Notes under the pieces: generated by a model
Told to the model about the DNA's origin: nothing
Database searches by the model: none
Seen by the model: the letters and a program-made list of their open reading frames with translations, nothing else
Sequence record: ON190024.1
DNA: 64,000 nucleotides
Strand: one strand, 5' to 3'
In this document: piece by piece, positions 1 to 9,907 of the stretch
Position numbering within the stretch: the first letter of the stretch is position 1
Layout: the number at the start of each line of letters is the position of its first letter
Translations under genes and position numbers: made by a program

Positions 1-104
1 ACTCGCCTTATGAAAATCTAAATCTCTTCGCATCTTTCCGCTTGACAGCCAATGCCATCCTGTGAGAGAATGAGAAGAGATTTGAACCGCCGACGGAGGT
101 AATT

Positions 105-251
105 GTGATTACATTGGCGTTATTTTATATGAGTCGCGACATGCAATACAGTGAGCGACCAAGTGACTTGTATCTCGGTACATGTATTTTAGACTTTGCA
201 TTAATCATTACGTTGTTCTGTGGTGTAATGATGTTCACGGGGAATTGGTAA
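105..251 (+). CDS. small membrane protein, 48 aa (below ORF-track cutoff)
   Basis: GGAGG RBS then GTG; hydrophobic C-terminus; TAATG overlap with next gene. Confidence 0.5.
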   Translation: MITLALFYMSRDMQYSERPSDLYLGTCILDFALIITLFCGVMMFTGNW

Positions 252-559
252 TGAGACGATTTAAACTTGGTAATCTCTTACGTGGTGGCTTTGCTGGTGA
301 GTTTGAGACGATAGAAGAAGCATGGGAGCAGCTTGGTTCACGCTTTCTACTGTCATTTCCGTGTGATGCATGGTCAAAAGAGCGTGGTGTTTACATCAAT
401 GAAGACGGTGGTCGCCATGTTTACATGTATGTAAAAGAAGAGAACAAGTATGGTCAGCTTGATTGGGCTCTGTGTAAAGGTGATGTGTTTTATATGAAAG
501 ACCGTGTGCCGGTTACTGCTGACGATTATGAATACTGTCGTGATGCTGAATTTTTCTAA
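251..559 (+). CDS. hypothetical protein
   Basis: ORF track 182..559; start moved to ATG 251 (TAATG coupling). Confidence 0.7.
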   Translation: MRRFKLGNLLRGGFAGEFETIEEAWEQLGSRFLLSFPCDAWSKERGVYINEDGGRHVYMYVKEENKYGQLDWALCKGDVFYMKDRVPVTADDYEYCRDAEFF

Positions 560-568
560 GGGTTAAAG

Positions 569-1174
569 ATGAAAAGAGTTGAGTTACACAAGAAAGTGGT
601 AGACAAGCAAGCTGTTCTGCCAGATCATTCCCATGTACAAGTTGAGACGTATTACCACACGTACAAGGGTTACATGAATTATCTAACTGGTTTGCGTGGT
701 GTAGAAGGTGATCAGTATCTACTTGTTACAGATGATGGTCGTTTTGTTCGAGTAGAAGAGAAACATCTAAACGGTCAAGAGCAGAAACAGCGCAAGATCA
801 GTGGTGGTTTAATTGATGTACGAGCGCGTTTGCAACTGCCAGCGAAAGATTGGGATTGGTATGATTGTATCTGGCGTAATGGTAAGATTGTTTACAAGTA
901 CCGCGAGACAGATTTCGTTACTGAAGAACACGAGTTAGTGGTTGGTGAGATAGTAGACATTTACGAGTCTAACGACTTTAATGGTGATTATCCGCATGAT
1001 GCTACAGTGGTGTTATCTAGACCGAAGCAAATGGTACTTGAAGCATATGGTAAACTAGTAGTGTTTACAGTGCCGAAAGAGCCATGTGGTGATAGTTTAG
1101 TCTCTGATTGTGGTGATTATCGTATTGCTGGTAATTACGCCGCGAGTGAATACGACGAAGAACTGCATTCGTAA
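569..1174 (+). CDS. hypothetical protein
   Basis: 201-aa ORF, co-directional, no recognised motif. Confidence 0.75.
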   Translation: MKRVELHKKVVDKQAVLPDHSHVQVETYYHTYKGYMNYLTGLRGVEGDQYLLVTDDGRFVRVEEKHLNGQEQKQRKISGGLIDVRARLQLPAKDWDWYDCIWRNGKIVYKYRETDFVTEEHELVVGEIVDIYESNDFNGDYPHDATVVLSRPKQMVLEAYGKLVVFTVPKEPCGDSLVSDCGDYRIAGNYAASEYDEELHS

Positions 1175-1180
1175 TTGAAG

Positions 1181-1260
1181 AAAAGGGTTGACGCTTGTCA
1201 GCCCTTTCTTGTATTATCTCTATATCGAAACGACATCGACTAACTAGAGAGAAAATTATG
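1181..1260 (+). promoter_or_regulatory. early sigma70-type promoter with terminator hairpin overlapping -35
   Basis: TTGACG 1188-1193, TATTAT 1212-1217, hairpin AAAGGGTTGAC-gctt-GTCAGCCCTTT, ATCGAAACG leader, GAGAGAAAATTATG. Confidence 0.85.
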
Positions 1261-1614
1261 TTTAACGCTACTACTGTTCTGAATCAACTAACTGCTTCAA
1301 ACCATGGTCATTCACGTCTTGTTGCTATGACTGGTGCTAAGAATATCATGCAATCTGTAGAAAATCGTTTTGTTTCTTTCAAGTTGCCGAAAGCAGTACG
1401 TGGTATTAACTACGTGAAAATCACTCTGACTGACGCTGATTTGTATGATATTGAGTTTGGTAAGCAATCTAGCAAAGCTTGTCCAGACATGAAAGCAATT
1501 GGTATTAAAGTGATGATGCCGCATTACGCTCAGAAGAAAGTCGTAAATGGTGTATACAACGACATGCTAAAAGAGATTTTCGAGCAAGAAACTGGTCTTT
1601 ATTTGTCACTTTAA
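1258..1614 (+). CDS. conserved phage hypothetical protein
   Basis: start after promoter leader; motifs AMTGAKN, ITL..DLY.IEF, IFE.ETGLY.SL recall a widespread phage family of unknown function. Confidence 0.75.
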   Translation: MFNATTVLNQLTASNHGHSRLVAMTGAKNIMQSVENRFVSFKLPKAVRGINYVKITLTDADLYDIEFGKQSSKACPDMKAIGIKVMMPHYAQKKVVNGVYNDMLKEIFEQETGLYLSL

Positions 1615-1616
1615 GC

Positions 1617-1690
1617 AAAAAGTGGTTGCTCTATGTAGCCACTTTCTGTATTATCTCTATATCGAAACGAGATACAGAGAGAACATTATG
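1617..1690 (+). promoter_or_regulatory. early promoter/terminator cassette
   Basis: AAAAGTGGTTGC-tctat-GTAGCCACTTT hairpin, TATTAT, ATCGAAACGAGATAC, GAGAACATTATG. Confidence 0.85.
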
Positions 1691-1936
1691 AACTTAATCA
1701 CACGCAGCAAAATCAATCACGATTCACTTTGGCTTAAAATCATTGCTTCTGACAAGAGCGAAGTAAAGCTATTCATCGGTCGTACTGGTGTAAAAATCAG
1801 CCACAAAACGACTGCTGCTTCAGCTACTGTTATTCGTGAAGTTGCGAACAACGTAAACAAAATGTTCAATGAGCTATACAAGAGTGGTTTGCCTTACGGT
1901 CAAATCATTGAGAAAATCGAAGCCGCTTACAAATAA
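1688..1936 (+). CDS. hypothetical early protein
   Basis: ORF track 1622..1936; start at leader ATG 1688. Confidence 0.75.
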   Translation: MNLITRSKINHDSLWLKIIASDKSEVKLFIGRTGVKISHKTTAASATVIREVANNVNKMFNELYKSGLPYGQIIEKIEAAYK

Positions 1937-1947
1937 GGGATAAAAAT

Positions 1948-2361
1948 ATGTCTTACAATGTCGTGCCAGTTATTAAGAAAACAGCTTTAGCCATGTCTGA
2001 AGACGATTCACTCTTACGTGACACGTTCGCGTATAGCTGCTGTGTCGTCTGTGATAAAGCAGCACTTGAAATCGACGATGAATTGCCAGAGAGTGATTAT
2101 GCCGTAATCTGGACAACTTGCAATCGCTTTGTTGAAAAAGCAGGTGAAGCGTTCTTGCGTCGAGTAATTGCCGATACCAAGTCTGTCCTTGGCTTTGATA
2201 TACCGCAATTGGTTAAAAACGAGATTCTAGAAGATCTTGAATACGATATGGTTGGTGCTTTTGTTCATACACTAGCGCGTTCATACGGGCCGTTGAATGA
2301 AGAGCATTTTGTACTTGCTCGTAAAGCATGGCTGCAATTTTTATCAAAATATGAGGGTTAG
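1948..2361 (+). CDS. hypothetical protein
   Basis: ORF track, co-directional. Confidence 0.75.
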   Translation: MSYNVVPVIKKTALAMSEDDSLLRDTFAYSCCVVCDKAALEIDDELPESDYAVIWTTCNRFVEKAGEAFLRRVIADTKSVLGFDIPQLVKNEILEDLEYDMVGAFVHTLARSYGPLNEEHFVLARKAWLQFLSKYEG

Positions 2362-2363
2362 AA

Positions 2364-2711
2364 ATGACTTTAGCTGAATTAGCAGTAGACCATCCGTATT
2401 ACTGTGCTGACTGTAATTACTACAGTCGCGAAGCTGGTGCAACTTACGACACAATGAAAGAGTTTTTAGACGAGTTCGAAGACGCTGACGTTGACTACAA
2501 CCTTGTTTTTCGTTGGGATGTAAAGCCGATTTTAGACGAACACGACAAGCCAACTGGTGAGTTTTACGCTGAAGTCTTTATCATGCAGCAACGCAAAGGT
2601 ATTTTCGCGCCGTTTTACATTCGTTCTATTACGGAAGATGACGTGCCGCGTTTTGTCGAGTACTTGAAGCCGCATAAAGAACGTCTTGAGCAAATCTGGA
2701 TGCCGCTATGA
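2364..2711 (+). CDS. hypothetical protein
   Basis: ORF track, ATGA overlap with next gene. Confidence 0.75.
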   Translation: MTLAELAVDHPYYCADCNYYSREAGATYDTMKEFLDEFEDADVDYNLVFRWDVKPILDEHDKPTGEFYAEVFIMQQRKGIFAPFYIRSITEDDVPRFVEYLKPHKERLEQIWMPL

Positions 2712-2956
2712 TTCTGAATATCTTAATGTGGTACTTCGGGATTGCACTTGTGTACTTTCTTTACTGTGAAGCACACGACTGGATTTTGTACTTCAAGAAC
2801 GGTCGTCGTGCAGACAACAAGTTCCCGATTACACACTCTGGCACTCATACGCTTTATTTGTTTATGGGTTTATTATGGTTCCCTTTGATGTTACTTTTGT
2901 TAAAGTGTGAACTTGAACTGCGTTTTAAAATGGTGAAACTATGGCTGAAGAAGTAA
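2708..2956 (+). CDS. hypothetical membrane protein
   Basis: two hydrophobic segments. Confidence 0.7.
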   Translation: MILNILMWYFGIALVYFLYCEAHDWILYFKNGRRADNKFPITHSGTHTLYLFMGLLWFPLMLLLLKCELELRFKMVKLWLKK

Positions 2957-3252
2957 AAGACTATGACCGCGCTGTTGTCGTGATCAACTATAAGAGTGGT
3001 AGAGCCGTTGCGTTTTGGGTTTATTCCTTTACGCATGAAGAAACGATGCGTGGCGCGTCTGTTGAGTGGCATTCAGCGACCAATCCGCTTGATGAAAAAG
3101 AGAGTAATGAACTTCGTGAGCGTTTAGCACGTCAGAACATTGCATTGTTAGAAGACCCAGTTCGACTCGCTACCGACGTTTCAGACATTGAAAGTATCTG
3201 GGTAGCAGAGCGTTATCTAGGTCAAGATGGGGAAATTCCAGAAGATGAGTGA
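2941..3252 (+). CDS. hypothetical protein
   Basis: ORF track, co-directional. Confidence 0.7.
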   Translation: MAEEVKDYDRAVVVINYKSGRAVAFWVYSFTHEETMRGASVEWHSATNPLDEKESNELRERLARQNIALLEDPVRLATDVSDIESIWVAERYLGQDGEIPEDE

Positions 3253-3475
3253 TTTAATTGCAGGTATTGTCGGCGTGTTCGTCGTCCTTTTCATGGCAAT
3301 TGTCGGTCTAGTGTGGTCGATTATTGAGTTTATCATTGGTGTGCTTGTGCTACTAGGGGCAGTAGTAGTGGGTATTATCGCGACTGTACTAGGCGCTGCA
3401 ATTGCAACGATTGCATGGCCATTTGTAGAAGCGCGAAAAGCTTACAAAGAACACCGTCGCAAGAAGAATGATTAA
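3245..3475 (+). CDS. hypothetical membrane protein
   Basis: long hydrophobic stretch, basic C-terminus. Confidence 0.7.
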   Translation: MSDLIAGIVGVFVVLFMAIVGLVWSIIEFIIGVLVLLGAVVVGIIATVLGAAIATIAWPFVEARKAYKEHRRKKND

Positions 3476-3788
3476 TCTAAGATCATTGATTGCCAGAGTC
3501 AAACAAGAACGTGATGGCCCCGTAATGGATGAATGTCGCTGTACTGTATGTCATAAAGACTTTGCAGTTGCAGATTGCATTCATGATTACGGGCATCATG
3601 ACGGTTGGGAAATGCCGCCTTATACTGAAATTCAATGTCCCGAATGTGAATGTGGCGGTTGTATTGAAGATTTCTGGTCGAGCGATAAAGCCGTTCTTGA
3701 ATATGGTGAATATCTTCAAGAGCACGAATCGAGTCGATTTGAAGAATACAAGTCGTATTTCCCAGATGTGTATGGAGAGACAAAATGA
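3468..3788 (+). CDS. hypothetical Cys-rich (Zn-binding?) protein
   Basis: CTVC and CPECECGGC motifs. Confidence 0.7.
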   Translation: MINLRSLIARVKQERDGPVMDECRCTVCHKDFAVADCIHDYGHHDGWEMPPYTEIQCPECECGGCIEDFWSSDKAVLEYGEYLQEHESSRFEEYKSYFPDVYGETK

Positions 3789-4219
3789 TTTACCGTTTCT
3801 GGAAAACACCCGATAATATCTGTCTCATTGAAATGACAGACGACCATGCCAACGAAGGCACACGAGCTTACATGACCGATATGCATGATCTATACAATGA
3901 AAATCATGGTCGTTATATGCTGCTTGGTCACGTTCATTCTTGGGGTACGGTTGATTTCACCGCTTACGATATTCGTGAGCTACGTTGTCTCGGCTCTATT
4001 GAAACTGAAGAACTGACGCTTTCAGCACAAGATAAATCGGTCTTGTCTCGAACGGTTGGTAAAGAAGGGTTCGATTACGCCATGTTGCATTACAGCGATT
4101 ACCAGTCTGTGATGCATAATGTCGTCGAGTCAAGAGAGTTTCACGTATTGAGAAACAACTTGATTAACGCACGAACTGAACTCGAAACGTGGTTACAGCT
4201 ACAAGGGATAGTAGAATGA
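3785..4219 (+). CDS. hypothetical protein
   Basis: ORF track, ATGA overlaps. Confidence 0.75.
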   Translation: MIYRFWKTPDNICLIEMTDDHANEGTRAYMTDMHDLYNENHGRYMLLGHVHSWGTVDFTAYDIRELRCLGSIETEELTLSAQDKSVLSRTVGKEGFDYAMLHYSDYQSVMHNVVESREFHVLRNNLINARTELETWLQLQGIVE

Positions 4220-4401
4220 ACGTAGGTGATGTTGTTAAAGTCACTGCTGCGCCAGCTAGTCGTTATCACAACATCGACGGTCAGCCAGTGACTATAATTG
4301 CAATTACTGAACATGACAACAAGCCGTTGTACGTGTTCTTTCATGGCGGTCAGAACGGCACTGGTTATGGTGCAATGCAAGAACACGGGTTTAAACGATG
4401 A
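4216..4401 (+). CDS. small SH3-like hypothetical protein
   Basis: MNVGDVVKV start typical of small beta-barrel phage proteins. Confidence 0.6.
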   Translation: MNVGDVVKVTAAPASRYHNIDGQPVTIIAITEHDNKPLYVFFHGGQNGTGYGAMQEHGFKR

Positions 4402-4549
4402 ACAAAATGTACGCCGTTCGTTCTTCTTTATACGGGTTGTTATGGAAAGTCGTTATTTTCGCGAACAACTACGACCGCAGAACCGTTTCATATCATTTCA
4501 CTTATAACGGGGCTTATGAGCTTTGTCGTAAGCTAAACGAGGAAAGACA

Positions 4550-5017
4550 ATGATACAGGTACAACATGTTTCACTCGATATTGACCAATGGCTTGAATAT
4601 TCTTTGCAGAAATTCGAAGATGCCAAGACGCAATATCTCAAAGCCGTGGCTACAGCGAATGCATTCTCATGGAAGAAAGAAGAGCCAGTTCTGGTGAAAA
4701 CGTTCTTCATGGAATACGGTGGTGAAAGTGATCCCCGTTATCTGCTTGAGTTCTGGTCTGAAGTCAATGCATATATTGACGAGCACACGAGCGACGACTG
4801 GCAGTTTTGTTGTATTGAAGAAAACGAGTATGACGCCAACGATGACCCGTATGAAGATTACGAAATGCTATCGACTTCTATTGCAGTATATGCAACGGTC
4901 AAAGGCGATGATTACACGCAGTCTGAAGAGTATCGAGCGTTGAAAGATGACGTTGATCGTTGTCTAGAGCATCTATTAGAATGCAAGGAAAATTTCAAAC
5001 GGGAGTTTAACAAATGA
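4550..5017 (+). CDS. hypothetical acidic protein
   Basis: GAGGA RBS, 155 aa. Confidence 0.75.
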   Translation: MIQVQHVSLDIDQWLEYSLQKFEDAKTQYLKAVATANAFSWKKEEPVLVKTFFMEYGGESDPRYLLEFWSEVNAYIDEHTSDDWQFCCIEENEYDANDDPYEDYEMLSTSIAVYATVKGDDYTQSEEYRALKDDVDRCLEHLLECKENFKREFNK

Positions 5018-5340
5018 GCCAAATGGAATACAATAAAGGCGTATTGCATCCAACTAGCAAGTCGATTGAAGAACTAGCTGAAGAGCTTGTGACAGATTTA
5101 CCAAGCTATTACGATTCTAAAGTCGAATATCTCTTGGATAATCACGTCGATTATGGGCTAGTTTTGGTTTGTGGCAAGCCTTACACTGTCACTTTTGAAG
5201 CCGAACGCGAAGACCTATATCATCTTGCACGTGCTGACGTTCAAGAAAACGGTGATATTCATTTCGAGACGTATCACTATAACGGTGGTGCTCATTGGAC
5301 TGAAGTAGTAGAAGATGCATTACGTGAGGTTAAGCAATGA
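5014..5340 (+). CDS. hypothetical protein
   Basis: ORF track, ATGA overlaps. Confidence 0.75.
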   Translation: MSQMEYNKGVLHPTSKSIEELAEELVTDLPSYYDSKVEYLLDNHVDYGLVLVCGKPYTVTFEAEREDLYHLARADVQENGDIHFETYHYNGGAHWTEVVEDALREVKQ

Positions 5341-5510
5341 TCATTCTTGAGTTCATTTTTACTCTATTAGCCGCATACGCAGGGAACTACATCGGTCGCT
5401 ATATCTCGGTGAATAATGGCACATACACTAAGCCGAATCCGTTTGCGTTTGAAAATCTCAATCACGAAGTCAATTGGGTATTGGCGATTGTACTAATGGT
5501 GATTGTCTAA
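5337..5510 (+). CDS. small membrane protein, 57 aa (below cutoff)
   Basis: fills gap with ATGA and TAATG overlaps; two hydrophobic segments. Confidence 0.6.
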   Translation: MIILEFIFTLLAAYAGNYIGRYISVNNGTYTKPNPFAFENLNHEVNWVLAIVLMVIV

Positions 5511-6094
5511 TGGCAAAACTTTACTACAATTATTCCGCTATGAACGCGGGTAAATCTGCACAGTTGTTACAAGCTGCTCATAACTACGAACAGACTGGTT
5601 CTACTGTGTGGTATTTTAACTACTATCAAGACGACCGTTTTGGCGGTGTTGGGAAGATCTCTAGCCGTATTGGCTTAGAGCATGACGCTGTGCTATACAG
5701 TGAAGAGTTCGATTTCATTGACTATGCTTTATTTGAGCGAGTTCCAGCCGCGATTTTCGTCGATGAATGTCAGTTCCTTACTGAGAAACAAGTACTTCAG
5801 CTTGCTACGCTGGTGGATCAGTACAACATACCAGTGCTTTGTTACGGTATACGTAACGATTACATGGGTAATTTGTTTGCGGGTTCTGCTGCGTTGATGT
5901 GTCATGCCGATGAGATTCGAGAAATCAAAGCTATGTGCTCAGTCGAGGGTTGTCATAAGAAAGCAACTCATATCGGGTTGTACATCGGCGGTGAGCGTGT
6001 AACACAAGGCGAACAGACATATATTGGTGATACTGATTACCGTAGTATGTGTCGTAAGCATTTTCTAAGGGATGCAAATGGACAGAGTACTTGA
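5510..6094 (+). CDS. tk: thymidine kinase
   Basis: YSAMNAGKS P-loop, IFVDECQFL, YGIRNDY, C-terminal Cys residues; start moved to ATG 5510. Confidence 0.95.
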   Translation: MAKLYYNYSAMNAGKSAQLLQAAHNYEQTGSTVWYFNYYQDDRFGGVGKISSRIGLEHDAVLYSEEFDFIDYALFERVPAAIFVDECQFLTEKQVLQLATLVDQYNIPVLCYGIRNDYMGNLFAGSAALMCHADEIREIKAMCSVEGCHKKATHIGLYIGGERVTQGEQTYIGDTDYRSMCRKHFLRDANGQST

Positions 6095-6380
6095 ATTGGA
6101 GTCGCAGATTGCGGCTCTTCAACGGGAATTACAAGACGAGCGTAACCGATGTCGTCATACTCGCGTTACATATGAGTTCAAGTCGAATACGGGTAATTAC
6201 GATCCGCATTCAGATTGCTACTGGAATGAAGTGCAGTGTATTGACTGCGGTTCTCGTATGCACTTCGACTCAGATGATGACAATGATAATTATCGCCTTG
6301 CTGGTGTAATCGGTTCTGAAGGTAAAGTTGAGAAACACGATTACGAAACATATTTGAAAGTGAAAAAGGAACTAGAATGA
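6072..6380 (+). CDS. hypothetical Zn-ribbon protein
   Basis: N-terminal coiled coil, CRH ... CIDCG. Confidence 0.7.
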   Translation: MQMDRVLELESQIAALQRELQDERNRCRHTRVTYEFKSNTGNYDPHSDCYWNEVQCIDCGSRMHFDSDDDNDNYRLAGVIGSEGKVEKHDYETYLKVKKELE

Positions 6381-6727
6381 AGTACGTACGTTATACTGAA
6401 TTCAATGACCACGAAGGTGAGACATGGCATCGTTTTATCCCGATGACAGATCCGTGTTTAGACAAGTTTCTAGATGTCATGAAGCTAGTTGAAGATGACC
6501 CCGAAGAAGCGTATTCGATTGAAGTCGATGCCAACGGAAAGCTTGTCCAATACGATGAGTCATACGTAAAAGTGCTAGTGGACGAAGCAGCCATGTATAT
6601 GAGCGGTTACATGAACATGTATGCCGTATGTAATATTAACGAAAAGCTATTCGAATGGGTTGCCGATGTCGATAATGACGTTGAAGCCGTTTGCGAAATG
6701 CTATACAAAATGGGGTGGGCGAAATGA
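6377..6727 (+). CDS. hypothetical protein
   Basis: ORF track, ATGA overlaps. Confidence 0.75.
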   Translation: MKYVRYTEFNDHEGETWHRFIPMTDPCLDKFLDVMKLVEDDPEEAYSIEVDANGKLVQYDESYVKVLVDEAAMYMSGYMNMYAVCNINEKLFEWVADVDNDVEAVCEMLYKMGWAK

Positions 6728-7047
6728 GCCAAGCACTATATGACGCAGTAAAAGCGTACAACGACGAACATGGTTATTCAAACGAGCCAGATTCGATGTA
6801 CGAGACGTTTGTAGAATGTCTAAGCAAACGCATTGTACAAGAAGAAACCGAATCTGAGCATCGTTGGTATGATGTTCGTTCTGTCGTACATGCTGTTGAC
6901 ATCGACGGGACAGAGCGATACTTCCAGACCTTTGATTATCATATTACTGGTGATAACTGTGCGCGTGACATGGATTTAGACATGCCGACGCTTGACAATG
7001 TAACAGAAGTGCATCCGCATCAAGTAACAATGACTGTTTACAAGTAA
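6724..7047 (+). CDS. hypothetical protein
   Basis: start moved to ATG 6724; ends before terminator. Confidence 0.75.
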   Translation: MSQALYDAVKAYNDEHGYSNEPDSMYETFVECLSKRIVQEETESEHRWYDVRSVVHAVDIDGTERYFQTFDYHITGDNCARDMDLDMPTLDNVTEVHPHQVTMTVYK

Positions 7048-7049
7048 CG

Positions 7050-7074
7050 AAAGCCCCTTAATTGGGGCTTTTTT
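7050..7074 (+). terminator. intrinsic terminator (repeated sequence)
   Basis: AAAGCCCC-ttaatt-GGGGCTTTTTT; same sequence at 24127 and 40729. Confidence 0.9.
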
Positions 7075-7116
7075 AGGTCTGAAGAAAAATAAAAGAAAAA
7101 AGTTTAAGTTTTTTGC

Positions 7117-7207
7117 AAAAAGTGGTTGCATGGCGAATGGCAATTTCCTATTATAGCTACATCGAAACGCACAACGCGCTAGACCAAAATAGAGAGATAA
7201 CAAAATG
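7117..7207 (+). promoter_or_regulatory. early promoter
   Basis: TTGCAT 7126-7131, 17 bp, TATTAT 7149-7154, AGCTACATCGAAACG leader. Confidence 0.85.
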
Positions 7208-7804
7208 GCAAGCAATCTGAACAACATCAAAATCAAAGACATTCGCGAATTCGGTATCAGCACTATCTCATACAAAGATTTCACTATCTTTGCTACTGAA
7301 GAAGCTGACGAGATTGTTCTACGCGCTGCTGTAGAATACGATGAGAACTCAGACGCTCACGTATCAGTTACTGAAGTGTGTGGTGACACATTGAAAGAAG
7401 CGAAAGCTTACTTGCAAGCTGAATTGAACGACGTTGAGCACACTGCTGGTCAGATTGCTGAAATGGCGATTGCTCTTGACTTCACTGGTCAATACGACGT
7501 TCTAGTTGAGAAATTCAACGCGCCGAAAGCGAAGCCAGTTGCAGTAGTCGCTCCTGTAGCTAAAGTATCTGCTCAAGTAGAAGAGACTAAGCCAGCGCCT
7601 AAGAAAACTAACGCACGCGGTGCTGCTGCACGTGAGCTAGTCGCTGAGAAAGCAACTGAAGTTCTTGGTCTGACTGACATCACTTTCGAGCAGCGTGGCA
7701 AATACAAAGACTGGTACATCATGGGTACTGACGCTGAAGGCGAAGCATTTGAGCAACGTCTAGACGTATTCAAGAAGAAACTAGTAGTAATGGGAGCATT
7801 GTAA
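7205..7804 (+). CDS. hypothetical early protein with Ala/Pro/Lys linker
   Basis: 199 aa; first gene after promoter. Confidence 0.8.
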   Translation: MASNLNNIKIKDIREFGISTISYKDFTIFATEEADEIVLRAAVEYDENSDAHVSVTEVCGDTLKEAKAYLQAELNDVEHTAGQIAEMAIALDFTGQYDVLVEKFNAPKAKPVAVVAPVAKVSAQVEETKPAPKKTNARGAAARELVAEKATEVLGLTDITFEQRGKYKDWYIMGTDAEGEAFEQRLDVFKKKLVVMGAL

Positions 7805-7974
7805 TGGTTAATCAAATTAGACGCATCAACGGTGATGATTACATCGTGAAATCTCACCGTGACAACAAGTGTGAAGTACAAAAACTTTCACATGCTGAAT
7901 TAGTTCTTGACACGTACGACGTTCACGAGCTAGAATCTTTCGAACTTATTACAACACTATCTGATACTTTTTAA
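7804..7974 (+). CDS. hypothetical protein, 56 aa (below cutoff)
   Basis: TAATG overlap, open to TAA 7972-7974. Confidence 0.6.
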   Translation: MVNQIRRINGDDYIVKSHRDNKCEVQKLSHAELVLDTYDVHELESFELITTLSDTF

Positions 7975-7983
7975 GGACATATT

Positions 7984-8565
7984 ATGAACATCAAAGCAGG
8001 TCAAATCGTAGTTTCAACGGCAACATCACACAAGTCAGTTGCCAAGAATGGCGAGCACGGATTGGTTATGCACGCCAACAACACTCTAGCAATCGTATAT
8101 TGGCCAAGCGCAGGTCGTTGTGTCAAACAGTTTTTCAAAAATGCGACTATCTCACGTGTAGAATCTGCTGACAGTGACCTTGTAGATATTAATCCAGACG
8201 AAGCCAGAGCTGCGTACGCGAAATACAAAACAGACATGGCAGACAAAGTAAAAGCAAAGAAAGGAAACAGAGCGCCTACTGTGAAACTTGGTACGGCTGA
8301 TAATGTTCTTGATGTAGTGAATACAGAAATGGGTGCGGTATCTGCTATCATGAGTGATGTGCAATACAGCCCACTTCAAGAAGCTGTAATCATGAACAAT
8401 CTAATGAAGCTAGTTGAACGTTGCCGAGTGAAGTTCGGGATGAAAGAGCTAATGCTAATGGGTGACGGTGTTGACAAAGCTGAAGAAACAATGCAATCCA
8501 TCAATGACATTCGCACCAAGATGGAAACTCTAGGCGCATCATTCGAAGACTTACTAAAACTTTAA
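7984..8565 (+). CDS. hypothetical protein
   Basis: AGGA RBS, 193 aa. Confidence 0.8.
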   Translation: MNIKAGQIVVSTATSHKSVAKNGEHGLVMHANNTLAIVYWPSAGRCVKQFFKNATISRVESADSDLVDINPDEARAAYAKYKTDMADKVKAKKGNRAPTVKLGTADNVLDVVNTEMGAVSAIMSDVQYSPLQEAVIMNNLMKLVERCRVKFGMKELMLMGDGVDKAEETMQSINDIRTKMETLGASFEDLLKL

Positions 8566-8613
8566 TACAACTTTAAGCATTCACATACATTTAACAATTG
8601 AGAGAATTACATT

Positions 8614-9171
8614 ATGAATAAATCAGTACAACTAGCAATCTCATTCGCTGGCACACACATGGTAACTGCATACGAGCTTGCTCAGAACTTCTATGACGAA
8701 AGCAAAAGCAAGTCATATATCGACTCAGTGCGTCGTCGATGTGCTAAAGAGCTTGAGGAAGGCGTGAAAGCGGGATTACTAACTCGTGTTAAAGGTAAGA
8801 AGTATGCTGGTTCAACTAAGTTCGCGCACCGTTACACATGTCGTAAGTACGCTGATAAGATTGGTCTGAAGAACGTACCTTACCGTGACGGTCGTAATGC
8901 TCCACCGCGTACTGGCATTATTGCACTGATTGAAAAATGCGTTGCTGAAATGATTGTTGACAAAACGTATCGTCACAAGAAGTTCACTTCAAACGAAGTT
9001 GGTATCGCTACTGTTATTCAATACATTCGCGAAGGAAAAACACCTGCTGCACGCAAGATCTTGAGCAGCCACGCGAACACATATGAAAAGAACGTGAAGT
9101 ACGTTGTTCGCAACCATCGTGGTGTCCTTGATGACAAAGGGCTTAACTTACGCGACTTAGTGAAAGCATAA
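8614..9171 (+). CDS. hypothetical basic protein (possible DNA-binding)
   Basis: Lys/Arg-rich, 185 aa. Confidence 0.75.
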   Translation: MNKSVQLAISFAGTHMVTAYELAQNFYDESKSKSYIDSVRRRCAKELEEGVKAGLLTRVKGKKYAGSTKFAHRYTCRKYADKIGLKNVPYRDGRNAPPRTGIIALIEKCVAEMIVDKTYRHKKFTSNEVGIATVIQYIREGKTPAARKILSSHANTYEKNVKYVVRNHRGVLDDKGLNLRDLVKA

Positions 9172-9240
9172 TGCAACCAAAGTGCATTACTATCTGACAC
9201 TTTGGAAAGATGATTTCCCATTAATTCAAAAATAACCAAA

Positions 9241-9315
9241 AAAAGGGTTGCTTCGGCAGCCCTTTTCTCGTATTATAGCTTTATCGAAACGAGATACGAA
9301 AGAGAGAACATTATG
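9241..9315 (+). promoter_or_regulatory. early promoter/terminator cassette
   Basis: AAAAGGGTTGC-ttcg-GCAGCCCTTTT, TATTAT 9271-9276, ATCGAAACGAGATACGAAA; near-identical to 37461 cassette. Confidence 0.9.
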
Positions 9316-9555
9316 ACTTCAGTAATCAACGAAAAATTCCTAGCAGTGATTCACGCAGCACAAGACGCAGTTGTTGCTGAAAATGCTTCTTTCGATTACG
9401 TAGCATCTAACGCTGAGATCGCAACTGACATTTGGCACAATCACATGACTCCATTCGAGCGTCTAGAGTTTGTTCAGTTGTTCACTAACGAGTCTCTAGT
9501 GATTGAACGTCGTTACGACCTTGCGCTTTGGTTAATTGAAAATTCTTTGAAATAA
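9313..9555 (+). CDS. hypothetical early protein
   Basis: GAGAACATTATG start. Confidence 0.8.
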   Translation: MTSVINEKFLAVIHAAQDAVVAENASFDYVASNAEIATDIWHNHMTPFERLEFVQLFTNESLVIERRYDLALWLIENSLK

Positions 9556-9558
9556 TGC

Positions 9559-9618
9559 TTGACGAGTTTCACCAAAAAGCCGATAATAGCTACATCAAAA
9601 CAGAGAGAGAACATTATG
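9559..9618 (+). promoter_or_regulatory. early promoter
   Basis: TTGACG 9559-9564, 17 bp, GATAAT, AGCTACATC leader, GAGAACATTATG. Confidence 0.8.
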
Positions 9619-9906
9619 AACTACACAACTGAAACAATCAAAGCATGTCTTGAACTAGTTGCAACTTTGAAATCAGACAAGATCACAAAAGGCAACGTAG
9701 AGAAGCTACGCGCTGCATATCGTGCGCAAGCTGACCAAGAAGTGTCTATTGCTATGTCTTCTATCTGTTCTATTGCAGAGCGTCATTTAGACCGCAAAGC
9801 AGCGAATCGTCCTGCAATGAGCAAGTGTGCTGAGTCTTACTTGAACTTTGATTGGCGTACAATCCCGGGTTGTGTTGGTTTTTCACGTGAAGTACTAGAG
9901 GTGTAA
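9616..9906 (+). CDS. hypothetical early protein
   Basis: start moved to leader ATG 9616. Confidence 0.75.
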   Translation: MNYTTETIKACLELVATLKSDKITKGNVEKLRAAYRAQADQEVSIAMSSICSIAERHLDRKAANRPAMSKCAESYLNFDWRTIPGCVGFSREVLEV

Positions 9907-9907
9907 C

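Noticed and set aside
42-71. Promoter at TTGACA 42-47
   Set aside because: The -10 element (GAGAAT) is poor and the conserved leader is absent; not listed as a feature.
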